NCBI GenBank assembly: GCA_029259155.1
Contig: JAPDJI010000006.1
Coordinates: 5,657-69,656 of the forward strand
Direction: 5' to 3'
Source of the DNA: Candidatus Methanomethylicia archaeon
Lineage (GTDB): Archaea > Thermoproteota > Methanomethylicia > Nezhaarchaeales > B40-G2
DNA length: 64,000 bases
Part shown: piece after piece, positions 55,374 through 64,000 of the stretch
How the letters are laid out: the number at the start of each line of letters is the position of its first letter
Position numbering within the stretch: the first letter of the stretch is position 1
Program-made: the position numbers and the translations under genes
Notes under the pieces: model-generated
Database searches by the model: none
Told to the model about the DNA's origin: nothing
The model's input: only the letters and a program-made list of their open reading frames with translations

Positions 55374-57768
55374 CTCCAGTGGCCTCGGAGCCTATTGGCC
55401 CGAGGTTAGCCACCTCATCCACGAACCATCTTATCAGCTCCGCCAGCCTCTTTCCCTCAGTCGCTGAAGCCCCGTCGATGTGGAGCCTCCTAGGGTTTAT
55501 GCCTACCTCCTTCAACACTTCCCTGAGGGCTGAGGCCCTTTCATTAGCCTTCGCCCTGCCGGAGCGGTAGTGACAGTCTTGTTCGTGGCAGCCAACTATG
55601 AGCACGCCGTCAGCCCCCAACTCAAAGGCCTCTAGCACGTGTACCGGCGTGACCCTAGCTGAACAAGGCACCCTGATGACCCTCACGTTAGTCGGGTAGG
55701 GAATCTTGCTAGTCCCAGCGTTGTCTGCGGCTGCGTAGCCGCACCACTGGCACATGAAGGCCACTATGAGCGGGAACTCCTTCTTCTCGGACAGCAGGGC
55801 CTTAAGCATGAGCGATATCTGCTCGTTGCTCAGGATCCCGCCGGGAGGAGATAGAGCTCCTGTCGGACACACTGCATAGCATGCTCCACAGCCTCGGCAG
55901 GCTAGCTCATCTACCTCCACCTTCCCCTTCTCCACCTTCAGGGCTCCGAAGAGGCATGCATTTACGCAAGCGAAGCATCGCTTACATGTACTTGGATCAA
56001 TGGTAGGAGCGTAGACCTCAACCTCAACCTCACCTCTCTTGATGAGCTCTGCTGCCCTAGCCGCCGCAAGCCCAGCTTGCATGACAGACTCGGTTATATC
56101 CTTAGGCCCTGTGCACGCTCCCGCCACGAAGATTCCTTTGCTGAAGGTGTCGGCTGGGTTAAGCTTTAAGTGATACTCAGCTAGGAAGTCGTAATCGCTT
56201 AGCTGTAGGCCGAGGAGCTTGGCCAGCTCCCTATTGTCTGGGGGCGCCTCCACGCCTACGCTGAGTACGACGAGGTCGAACTCCTCCTCGACCATCTCTG
56301 AGGAGAGTGTGTCCTCGTAGAAGATCTTGATCCTCCCTTGCTTCGTGGCCCTAAGCTGCCCTACCTTCGCCCTTAGGAAGCGTACGCCCAGCTCCAGGGC
56401 CCTCCTGTAGGCTTCCTCACACGCCTTGCCAATGGCTCTCACGTCGGTGTAGAAGATGGCAACGTCGACGTCGGGGAGCATGAGCTTGGTCTGTATGCTC
56501 TGCTTGATGGCGTTCATGCAACATACTCGGCTACAGTAAGGCCTCCCAATCCTGTCAGACCTGCTCCCCACACACTGTATGAAGGCTACTTTCTTAGGTT
56601 GCGCCCCGTCCGATAACCTAATTATTTTTCCCTTGGTTGGACCCGAGCTATTAAGCATCCTTTCGTACTCGGGCCCCGTCACGACGTCGAGGCACCTGCC
56701 ATAAAGGTATTCTGGAAGCCCCCGCGGGTCAAAGGGCTTGAAGCCGGTGGCTACGATGATGGCCCCTACCTTGAACTCGATGTAAGAGTCTTGGTCCTTG
56801 AAGTTTATAGCTTTAGGATCGCATACCCCGAGGCACGACATGCAGCCAATACACCTACTCATATCTATGTAAGGCGCTGGAGGGACGGTTTCTGGCGAGG
56901 GCTTAACGATGGCCCTCCTCATACCTATACCGTAGTCGTACTCGCTGGGGGCCTCGATGGGGCATACATCGAGGCACTTATTGCACCCGTTGCAGAGCTT
57001 TTCATCGATGTACCGAGCCTTCTTCAACACCTTCACGGTGTAGTTGCCGGGCGCACCCTTGACCTCTACGACCTCGCTCAGCGTGTACACGTCTATTAGG
57101 GGGTGGTTGTACACCTTCGAGAGTTGGGGGCCTAGCACGCAAATGCTGCAGTCAAGGGTTGGATAGACCTTGTCCCACTTGGCCATGTGCCCCCCTATGA
57201 AGCCCTCCTTCTCCACGAGGTATACCTTGATCCCCATGTCGGCAAGGCTTAGAGCGGCTGTGATCCCTGCTACGCCTCCACCTATGACTAGGACCGCTTT
57301 CTCCACGGGCAGCTTTGCTACCTTAGCCTCCCTGGCGTAAGGCGCTGCGGCTATGGCCATGCTGACCAGGTCAGCGGCCTTGACGGTAGCTCTATCTGGG
57401 TCGTGTGCGTGGACCCATGAGCACTGTTCCCTCAGGTTAACTATCTCCACGAAGCCTCTATTGAGGCCAGCCTCCTCAGCGGCGTTCTTGAAGAGCTCGC
57501 TGTGTAGTGTAGGGGTGCAGCATCCTATGATTAAGCGGCTAGCCTTCTCCTCCTTTAAGGCCTCTTTTATTTTTCTTAGGCCATCATCGCTGCAGCAGTG
57601 CTCATGTTCATAGAAGGCTACGTCTGAGTACTTCTCAGATAGAGTTTTAATGACCTTACCTACATTTACTACCCCTGCGATGTTTGAGCCGCAGTGACAG
57701 ATGAAGGTCAGGACCTTGCTGGGAGCTCCCCCCGCACCGTCCAGCCTAGCCGTCTAGACCACCTTCAT
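55357..57768 (-). CDS. hdrA: Heterodisulfide reductase subunit A fused to a C-terminal MvhD domain; the conserved N-terminal Fe-S domain lies upstream of the first canonical start and is preceded by ATG-AAG-GTG-GTC-TAG
   Basis: FAD motif VLVIGGGVAG, inserted ferredoxin motifs, C-terminal FMCQWCGYAAAD...IRVPCSARV (MvhD). The in-frame upstream sequence LTFICHCGSNIAG...IIGCCTPTLH...NLREQCSWVH is the HdrA N-terminal domain. The ORF track starts at GTG 57450; ATG at 57766..57768 is followed by an in-frame TAG at 57754..57756. Confidence 0.7.
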
Positions 57769-57775
57769 TAAGCGT

Positions 57776-59047
57776 TTAGAGCGAGGAGCTCAACCTCTCA
57801 AGGAACACCTCCTCGTCAGCCACGCTGGCTGGAGGCTTAAGGAAGGGTTTAAGCTTCACTTCGACGCCGTCCATCCTCGTAACTGTCCCTCCACTCTCAA
57901 CACCCATTATTGAGAGCGGAACCGAGACTTTCCCGTTAGAGAAGGTCCAGGTAGCCCTCTCCTCTAGGACTATTGTTGGGATCCTCATTAAAGCCTTAAC
58001 TGCTAGAGGGGTTAGTTCCTCGGACACCTCGCTTTTAACTATGAGTGCTGCGTCCACCCCTTCCCGCTCGAGCTGGCAAGTTGCAGTAGCCTCAGGGGAC
58101 ATGTGTTCTTTAAGGGCTGAGAAATCCAGGGCCCGTGGCGCGCCCCCAAGCTTCTTTGTGATGAGGGCTTGGCCCATAGAGTTCACGTACTCAGCCATAG
58201 GCATTATGGAGACCTTCTTTCCAAGCTCAAGCAGCGACCTAGCCAGCTCAGCCATGGAGCTTAAAGCCTCTTCAGGCTTCTCCGACTGAAGTAGTCCGCG
58301 GCCGATGAACATAGCCACGTAGGTGGCCGGCTTAAGGTCCTTAATTATGGATGAGAGGTCCCTTAAAGTTACACCTGCGGCCTCGCCCACCGTGGGGGTC
58401 TTGCTAAACATAAGGTCTCTTAGCGCTCTAGCGAGCTCAGCGTCGCTTCCAGGCCTTAACAGTACTTTATGCTGGGCTATCCTCATGGTATTAGTCTCCC
58501 TAACATCGACCACCGCGACTATCCTGCTCTCTCTGCCCATAGGGGTGCTTCTTCCCCTCGGAAACACGGCGTAGCGACTTGCATGCCTCAGGTGAGTCTC
58601 TGCGGGATCCGCACCCCAGTACAATATGAAATCGGCGTCTTCAAGGATATCGTCCAAGCGAGCGCCTAGGAAAGAGGGGTCGAGGTCTAAGAGGGCGTGG
58701 CAAATGCTCGCTGAGCTATCGTAGAGTCCTCTAAGCTTCTGGGCTAGTTTTACTAGAAGCTCTACAGTCCTATTGGTACTGTTTGCCCCTCCGTAGATAA
58801 GCGGCTTCTTCGCCACCTTTAAGATCTCAGCGGCCTTTTCTAAAGCTTCGTCCACCGACACCTCCTTGAGTCCTCCCTGCTCAGCGATGGCCACCTTCAT
58901 AGGCCTAGCTCCGACGAGCTCCTTGAACCTCTTGGTCCCATGGCTACAAGTACCCAGGACCCTAGTTACCGTGTTGTCTCTTACGTCCACCACTATATCG
59001 TCGCACAGCAACGAGCAACTAGTGCAGGGCACACCCTCTATCTCCAT
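57776..59047 (-). CDS. Formylmethanofuran dehydrogenase subunit B (FwdB/FmdB)-like molybdo/tungstopterin subunit
   Basis: VPCTSCSLLCDDI, ASICHA, DFILYWGADPAETHLRHASR, VAVVDVRET, VTRMDGVEV align motif-for-motif with the FwdB N-terminal Fe-S, the active-site Cys region and the pterin-binding segments. Confidence 0.7.
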   Translation of the reverse strand: MEIEGVPCTSCSLLCDDIVVDVRDNTVTRVLGTCSHGTKRFKELVGARPMKVAIAEQGGLKEVSVDEALEKAAEILKVAKKPLIYGGANSTNRTVELLVKLAQKLRGLYDSSASICHALLDLDPSFLGARLDDILEDADFILYWGADPAETHLRHASRYAVFPRGRSTPMGRESRIVAVVDVRETNTMRIAQHKVLLRPGSDAELARALRDLMFSKTPTVGEAAGVTLRDLSSIIKDLKPATYVAMFIGRGLLQSEKPEEALSSMAELARSLLELGKKVSIMPMAEYVNSMGQALITKKLGGAPRALDFSALKEHMSPEATATCQLEREGVDAALIVKSEVSEELTPLAVKALMRIPTIVLEERATWTFSNGKVSVPLSIMGVESGGTVTRMDGVEVKLKPFLKPPASVADEEVFLERLSSSL

Positions 59048-59514
59048 TAAGCCACCACCTTTATCGCTTCGCTATAACACACAAGCTCGCAAACATTACA
59101 GTTCATCCTATGGGGCGGGTACCTCCTACACTTTTCGAGGTGGAGCACCTTAATTTTACCGTCCTCCACCAGCCATAAAACCTCATCGGACAGCGGGTTT
59201 AGCCCTTTCCCTGCCCTCGTGTCTAAGACAACGTTGGCGGGGCAGGCAATCACACAGTTCCCGCAGCCGATACATTTATCGAGGTCTATATTAACGAGGG
59301 TCTCGGACGCTGAGATAAGGGGGGCCAAGAGTTTCGTGAGCTCAGCCAACTTACCAGAATATTTAGGGTCAGACGTTAGAAGCGGGCAGTCCTCAATCCT
59401 AGCCTGTCTATTGATCAGCTTCATGGCAAAACCCATACATGTCGTACCGCATTTCTTGCAGTTAGTTCCAGGCAAGAGCTTGTAAACTTGGAGGGGGGTT
59501 ATCCGGGTAGACAT
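59047..59514 (-). CDS. Ferredoxin with N-terminal RnfB-type FeS domain (PF04060-like) plus [4Fe-4S] motifs
   Basis: LLPGTNCKKCGTTCMGFAMKL...CP then CIGCGNCVIACP and a C-terminal Cys cluster; 1-nt overlap with the fwdB-like start. Confidence 0.55.
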   Translation of the reverse strand: MSTRITPLQVYKLLPGTNCKKCGTTCMGFAMKLINRQARIEDCPLLTSDPKYSGKLAELTKLLAPLISASETLVNIDLDKCIGCGNCVIACPANVVLDTRAGKGLNPLSDEVLWLVEDGKIKVLHLEKCRRYPPHRMNCNVCELVCYSEAIKVVA

Positions 59515-59654
59515 AAACTCACGCGCCTTAAGTTCACCTCGAATTTTTCGGCTGGCCTAAAAAAGGCCAGGTAGTTAAAGCTTTGGTTGTGCGCCTCTTA
59601 GCTGAACCGCTCTGTGACAATTAAGATAAACTTTTTCATTATTTTGGCTGTAAC

Positions 59655-60728
59655 CTAGAAAAGCATGTACCTTGTCCATAGCCTAGAAGGCTCATACCTA
59701 CCGGCTATAGGTATCTTAAAGCCACAGCTTCTGCACCTCATATCTTCGCTAAGCCTCCAAGCAGTTACCTCGAAGCCAAGCCTCTCCACAACAGCCTCGC
59801 CGCAGCTAGGACAGTAGGTGGTACTTCCTTCACCTCCAGGGACGTTGCCTAAATAGACAAATCTTAATCCTTCCTCTGAAGCGACCCTTCGAGCTCTTCT
59901 GAGAGAATCTATTGGTGTTGGAGGTAGATGGGTGAACTTGAAGTGTGGGTAGAACCTGCTAAAATGTACTGGTGTATCTGGACCTAGCTCATCGTAAAGC
60001 CACTTACACAGCGCTCTAACTTCCTCCAAGCTATCGTTAAGCCCAGGTATCAGCAGAGTAGTGGTCTCTACATGGACTCCTTTACGTTTAAACTCAGCCA
60101 CAGTTCTCAGGACCTCTCTTAGCTCACCTTTACAGTATTCGCGGTAGGTATCCTCCTTGAACGCCTTAATGTCCACATTAGCAGCATCTATGAAATGGAC
60201 GGCTTCATCTAAGGCTTCAGCGCTTATGTAACCGTTGGTGACGAACACTATGAAAATGCCCTCCTTTTTAGCTTCACGTGCCACGTCTAAGTCGTACTCT
60301 AGCCATATAATAGGTTCATTATAGGTGATGGAGATAGAGGGGCACTCGGTTCTTTTAGCGGCCTCGACCACGCTTCTGGGGTCGGCGTACTCTAAGTCAG
60401 CTGTATTCAGCCTAGCTGGCTGAGAAAGATGCCAATTTTGACACCAAGGACACCTAAACGAGCAGCCAATGCTGCTTATCGATAACGTGGCTGACCCTGG
60501 CCAGAAATGGTATAGAGGCTTCTTTTCTATGGGGTCTACCGCCATGGCTGTGAGGCGCCCATAAATAAGGGAGTACAGCCTGCCATCTATGTTAATCCTG
60601 GTGCCGCAGAAGCCGTATCCGCCGGGCTTAATGGTGCACCGTCGAGGGCAAATAGTGCATTGGACATAGCCCTCTTCAAGCTCCACGTAAAACCTAGCCT
60701 CAACCCCTATGTCGACTTGCTGCCTCAT
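59655..60728 (-). CDS. AmmeMemoRadiSam-system radical SAM enzyme (PFL-activase-like)
   Basis: N-terminal CTICPRRC and core GCSFRCPWCQNWHLS match the AmmeMemoRadiSam rSAM family. Confidence 0.75.
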   Translation of the reverse strand: MRQQVDIGVEARFYVELEEGYVQCTICPRRCTIKPGGYGFCGTRINIDGRLYSLIYGRLTAMAVDPIEKKPLYHFWPGSATLSISSIGCSFRCPWCQNWHLSQPARLNTADLEYADPRSVVEAAKRTECPSISITYNEPIIWLEYDLDVAREAKKEGIFIVFVTNGYISAEALDEAVHFIDAANVDIKAFKEDTYREYCKGELREVLRTVAEFKRKGVHVETTTLLIPGLNDSLEEVRALCKWLYDELGPDTPVHFSRFYPHFKFTHLPPTPIDSLRRARRVASEEGLRFVYLGNVPGGEGSTTYCPSCGEAVVERLGFEVTAWRLSEDMRCRSCGFKIPIAGRYEPSRLWTRYMLF

Positions 60729-60785
60729 ACCGATTAACGCCGCCTAGATAAGAAAAGCAAACGTGAAAATAAAAATTCAGTATGC

Positions 60786-61106
60786 CTATAGGATCTCTAC
60801 GGATACCTTTAGTCTCTCTCCTTTCTTAACGTCATCAGCAGCGGCTAGCTGTTTATCGAGGTCCCAGATCTTTAGCAGCCTCCATAGACTGGCAGCCTCA
60901 CCCTTCTTAGAGCCCAGGTCAGCTATGGTCTCAAAGGGCTCAAGCTTCGCTACCGAGATGCGTAGCTTTGCTCCTGTAGGAGCGTCAGCTTCAGCGCTGA
61001 AAGTCTTCTTTCGCTCCTCAGCTGTGAACAGCTCAGCTATGGTCACCTTTCCTCCTTTCTTAACATCTACGCCAGCCACTAGTTCCACAGAACCTAAGCT
61101 AGCCAC
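60786..61106 (-). CDS. Hypothetical protein (106 aa)
   Basis: ORF only. Confidence 0.3.
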   Translation of the reverse strand: MASLGSVELVAGVDVKKGGKVTIAELFTAEERKKTFSAEADAPTGAKLRISVAKLEPFETIADLGSKKGEAASLWRLLKIWDLDKQLAAADDVKKGERLKVSVEIL

Positions 61107-61142
61107 TTCGCCTCACCCCCGCCATGAGGGGCTTGTCAGCTG

Positions 61143-61928
61143 TTAGACGTGTGAGCGGAAAAGCTTTACGCTCACCGCTTCCACGATGTTTGCCACCCCT
61201 ATCGAGGCGGGGGCCTCAATAAAAACGTCTACTTCACTTGTCAACGCCGACCTCGCTACGTTAACTTCTATGAGCTTGGCACCCCTCCACCTAGCTTCTA
61301 AAGGTAAGCTCGCGGCAGGCATCACCACTCCTGACGTGCCTACTATCAGCATAGCATCACATTGGTGGACTTCCTTTAACGCGCTCCTCCACACCTCTGG
61401 ATCGACAGCCTCTCCAAACCAAACGACATCTGGCCTCAAAAGACCACCACAGCTAGGACAAATAGGAGGTAGGTTGCTTGGGGGATCGGTAAGCTTGTCC
61501 TTAAAGCTACAATGGACGCATTTAACCGACCAGATATCTCCATGTAGCTTAATTATTTTCCTTGACCCAGCCCTTTCATGTAAGTCGTCTACATTCTGCG
61601 TCAAGACCGCCTTAATTAAACCCAGCTTTTCCAGCTCAGCTAAGCCTAAGTGGGCTTGATTAGGGGTAGCTTGCTTTATGAGCGTCATTCTCCATTTATA
61701 CCAGTTCCAAACCTTGGTAGGATCCTTGGCGAAGGCTTGAGGCGTAGCGTAATCCTCTGGCCTAAAATCCTTCCAAAGGCCACTAGCACCCCTAAAGGTT
61801 GGTATCCCTGACTCTGCAGAGATACCTGCTCCTGTGAAGGCTACAACATACTTGGAGCCCAATAGGATCTGCGCCGCTCGCTCGGCGAGCAAGCCCTTAC
61901 GCCTAGACTGAAATCTTGGAGCTTCCAC
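61143..61928 (-). CDS. cobB: NAD-dependent protein deacetylase, Sir2 family
   Basis: GAGISAESGIPTFRG, QNVDDLHERAG, zinc site CxxC...CxxC. Confidence 0.85.
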   Translation of the reverse strand: MEAPRFQSRRKGLLAERAAQILLGSKYVVAFTGAGISAESGIPTFRGASGLWKDFRPEDYATPQAFAKDPTKVWNWYKWRMTLIKQATPNQAHLGLAELEKLGLIKAVLTQNVDDLHERAGSRKIIKLHGDIWSVKCVHCSFKDKLTDPPSNLPPICPSCGGLLRPDVVWFGEAVDPEVWRSALKEVHQCDAMLIVGTSGVVMPAASLPLEARWRGAKLIEVNVARSALTSEVDVFIEAPASIGVANIVEAVSVKLFRSHV

Positions 61929-62439
61929 TGCTTGAAGTTTTTTCTCGCTGCATCGCTATGGCCCCTGTCCTTGCAAGCTCCTTTATCCCGTAGCGCTTAA
62001 CGATGTCTAGGAAAGCATCTATCTTCTCTGGGTCGCCTGACAATTCTATGGTAAGGCTTTCAGGTGAAGCGTCTACCACGTGGCCTCTGAAGATCTCCAC
62101 GAACTGCATTACATCCGCCCTCACCGAGGTATTAGGTGTGTGTATCTTAACCATGGCTAGCTCCCTCATCACCGCAGCCTCAGGCTTAAGCCGGCTTACT
62201 TTAACCACGTCGATGAGCTTAGCTAGCTGTTTAACGACCTGTTCCAGTATCTTCTCGTCGCCCATCATGGTCATGGTTATCCTAGAGATTCCCTTTACCT
62301 CTGTGGCACCAACAGTTATCGTGTCTATGTTGAACCCTCTCCTCCTTATCAATGAAGTTACCCGGTGAAGCACACCTGGCTTGTCTTCAACGAGCGCTAA
62401 TACTACGTGTTTACTAGGCGCTATTGCCTTCACCCCCAA
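61903..62439 (-). CDS. ilvH: Acetolactate synthase small (regulatory, ACT) subunit
   Basis: HVVLALVEDKPGVLHRVTSLIRRRGFNIDTITVG...ISRITM matches IlvH/IlvN. Confidence 0.8.
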   Translation of the reverse strand: MGVKAIAPSKHVVLALVEDKPGVLHRVTSLIRRRGFNIDTITVGATEVKGISRITMTMMGDEKILEQVVKQLAKLIDVVKVSRLKPEAAVMRELAMVKIHTPNTSVRADVMQFVEIFRGHVVDASPESLTIELSGDPEKIDAFLDIVKRYGIKELARTGAIAMQREKTSSSGSSKISV

Positions 62440-64000
62440 GTTACCTCGTTTAAGCCTCTTCCTGGGAAGACCATGGGGAACACTTTTTCATCTGGGCTAA
62501 CGGGCACGTCTATTACCGTGGTCACCTCCATCTTCATAGCTTCCTTGACGGCTCCTTCAAACTCTTCGTATGAGCCCACCCGCACTCCATGAGCTCCGAA
62601 AGCCTCCGCTAGCTTCACGAAGTCTGGGAGCCTCTTAAGGTCTATGGCCATGAACCTCCTTCCAAACATTAAGTCTTGCCACTGCCTAACCATACCTAAC
62701 GAGGAATTATTGACCACTACGACGATAACCGGTATGTTCTGTGACACGCTAGTGGCTAGGTCCTGCTCCGTCATTAGGAAGCTTCCGTCCCCGTCGAAGT
62801 CAACCACCACCTTATCAGGCTTAGCTACCTTAGCTCCTAGGGCAGCTGGGAAGCCGAAGCCCATGGTTCCAAGCCCACCCGAAGTTATGAAGGTCCTCGG
62901 CTCATAGACCTCGAAGTTGATGGCCGCCCACATTTGATTTTGACCAACCCCAGTGGTTAATATAGAGTCTCTTGGCAACAGTTTCCTTAAGATTTTAACG
63001 AGCCTCGCAGGCTTAATTCCAGCTTCACCAGCCTCGTATCTATCCTTAAACTGCTCCTTCAGCTCCTTAATCCTCTTAACCCAATGGCTTTCCTCACCTG
63101 CCTTCCTAGTAGCCATGGAGGATAGGGCTTCCTTTATGGCGGTTAACGCGGACTTGGAGTCAGCAACGATGGGTACGTCAACCTTCACGTTTTTACCTAT
63201 TTCCGCCGGGTCTATGTCTATATGAATTATCTTTGCTTTTTGCTCAAAAACATCGAAGCGACCTACCGACCTATCCGAGAACCTCATGCCGACAGCTAGG
63301 ATCACGTCTGCTTTAGTTATTGCTGCATTTGCTTCTCCTCTACCGTGCATCCCTATCATGCCTAAACACAGAGGGTGATTTTCAGGTATAGCTCCCTTAC
63401 CCATTAAGGTGGTCACTACCGGTATCATCAAGGCCTCGACTAGCTCCAAAAGCTCCTTCGTAGCGCCTGAAGATATGACTCCTCCTCCAGCTATAATGAT
63501 GGGTTGCTCAGCCTTCATTAACAGCTCAGCGGCTTTCTTAACCTGCAGCGGGTGGGGGTTTCTAGGAGGGGGTTTAAAGCCTCTAAGCTCCACCTTCTCC
63601 GGGAAGTCGATTTCTTCCTCCTCAGTTTGTACGTCTCTAGGTAAATCTATGAGCACGGGCCCCGGCCTACCCATGGATGCTATATGGAAGGCTGCCTTAA
63701 TCACGCTGGGTATCTCTGAAGGTGAACTTGGCTGAAAGGTATACTTAGTTATGGGGGTGGTTATACCTATAATATCGGCTTCCTGAAACGCGTCTCTACC
63801 TATCATGAGCTTTGGCACTTGTCCAGTTATGGCGACGATGGGGGAGCTGTCCATGTAGGCATTGGCTATCCCCGTTACCAAATTCGTAGCTCCGGGACCA
63901 GATGTTGCAGTACACGTGCCTACTTTACCGCTAGCTCTAGCGTAGCCGTCAGCCATGTGAGCCACGCATTGTTCATGTCTGCCCAGGATGTAGGTTAGCT
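62430..64000 (-). CDS. ilvB: Acetolactate synthase large subunit (TPP/FAD enzyme), 5' end beyond the window
   Basis: HEQCVAHMADGYARASGK...TSGPGATN and the TPP-binding GxGxxxxxxP region; reading frame is open to position 64000. Confidence 0.85.
   Translation of the reverse strand, partial: LTYILGRHEQCVAHMADGYARASGKVGTCTATSGPGATNLVTGIANAYMDSSPIVAITGQVPKLMIGRDAFQEADIIGITTPITKYTFQPSSPSEIPSVIKAAFHIASMGRPGPVLIDLPRDVQTEEEEIDFPEKVELRGFKPPPRNPHPLQVKKAAELLMKAEQPIIIAGGGVISSGATKELLELVEALMIPVVTTLMGKGAIPENHPLCLGMIGMHGRGEANAAITKADVILAVGMRFSDRSVGRFDVFEQKAKIIHIDIDPAEIGKNVKVDVPIVADSKSALTAIKEALSSMATRKAGEESHWVKRIKELKEQFKDRYEAGEAGIKPARLVKILRKLLPRDSILTTGVGQNQMWAAINFEVYEPRTFITSGGLGTMGFGFPAALGAKVAKPDKVVVDFDGDGSFLMTEQDLATSVSQNIPVIVVVVNNSSLGMVRQWQDLMFGRRFMAIDLKRLPDFVKLAEAFGAHGVRVGSYEEFEGAVKEAMKMEVTTVIDVPVSPDEKVFPMVFPGRGLNEVTWG

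Noticed and set aside
1-64000. Amber (TAG) reassignment to a sense codon
   Set aside because: TAG cleanly terminates several genes of expected length (metallophosphoesterase at 27438, MutS-like at 18300, DUF169 at 16294, ACT protein at 12690). Reading through the metallophosphoesterase stop would add about 100 non-homologous residues.
1-64000. CRISPR array or cas genes
   Set aside because: No regularly spaced direct repeats were seen in any intergenic region, and no Cas-like ORFs.

Overview
This 64 kb window is a densely coding chromosomal segment that reads as crenarchaeal (Thermoproteales-like). Supporting markers include Alba, ribosomal protein S25e, archaemetzincin, HypA, a PaREP1-like protein and F420 biosynthesis genes. 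GC content is roughly 50%, and about 70 protein genes sit on both strands, mostly with overlapping or few-nucleotide junctions that imply operons. No rRNA, confident tRNA or CRISPR array was found.

Supportable content, in window order:
- A partial secreted CARDB-like protein followed by an FtsX-type ABC permease.
- A THUMP plus SPOUT RNA methyltransferase.
- An HMGL-family synthase (homocitrate/isopropylmalate type) carrying a C-terminal RAM domain.
- A four-subunit 2-oxoacid:ferredoxin oxidoreductase operon.
- A gene-poor, decayed stretch (8.3-10.5 kb) holding a VapB-like/PIN remnant, a trmO (tsaA/YaeB) homolog interrupted by an in-frame TAG, and a PaREP1-like fragment.
- A standalone ACT-domain protein followed by serB (ACT plus HAD).
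- A PriS-type AEP primase with a long C-terminal extension, placed divergently from a DUF169 protein and a MutS2-like ATPase.
- An MFS transporter.
- A radical SAM/SPASM enzyme translationally coupled to a SAM methyltransferase and a small membrane protein.
- An HhH-GPD glycosylase, a PaREP1/HEPN-like protein, kptA/Tpt1 and rps25e.
- A DUF2085 protein, an extended Hjc-like nuclease and a metallophosphoesterase.
- An HDAC-family / archaemetzincin / MetE-like operon.
- uppS and a DUF488 protein.
- A nitroreductase-cofD pair with a downstream cofC (F420 biosynthesis).
- A dCMP deaminase.
- An operon of two TrkA/RCK proteins plus three complex-I/Mrp antiporter-like subunits (NuoN-, NuoL- and NuoM-like).
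- A second divergent pair of TrkA/RCK genes, a ClC channel, an M20 peptidase and trkH.
- Alba and a YbjQ-family protein.
- An ABC-2 exporter with a membrane-tethered wHTH regulator.
- A NUDIX hydrolase and hypA.
- A six-gene redox operon: RnfB-like ferredoxin, FwdB-like subunit, HdrA-MvhD fusion, an 8-cluster polyferredoxin (FwdF-like), HdrC and HdrB.
- An AmmeMemoRadiSam radical SAM enzyme, a Sir2 deacetylase, ilvH and a partial ilvB.

The most interesting observations are:
- The Hdr/FwdB-like/polyferredoxin module sits in a non-methanogen context.
- hdrA has an in-frame TAG at codon 5, directly after a well-placed ATG, and its fully conserved N-terminal Fe-S domain lies upstream of the first canonical start.
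- A second in-frame TAG falls at a conserved Gln of trmO.
- A minimal three-subunit antiporter-like module is co-operonic with RCK proteins, and two of its paralogs share a 65-nt identical tract.
- There are four RCK paralogs in this window.
- A nitroreductase is translationally coupled to cofD.
- The AEP primase / DUF169 / MutS-like neighbourhood is atypical.

All calls are from reading the sequence and six-frame translation only; no database searches were run.
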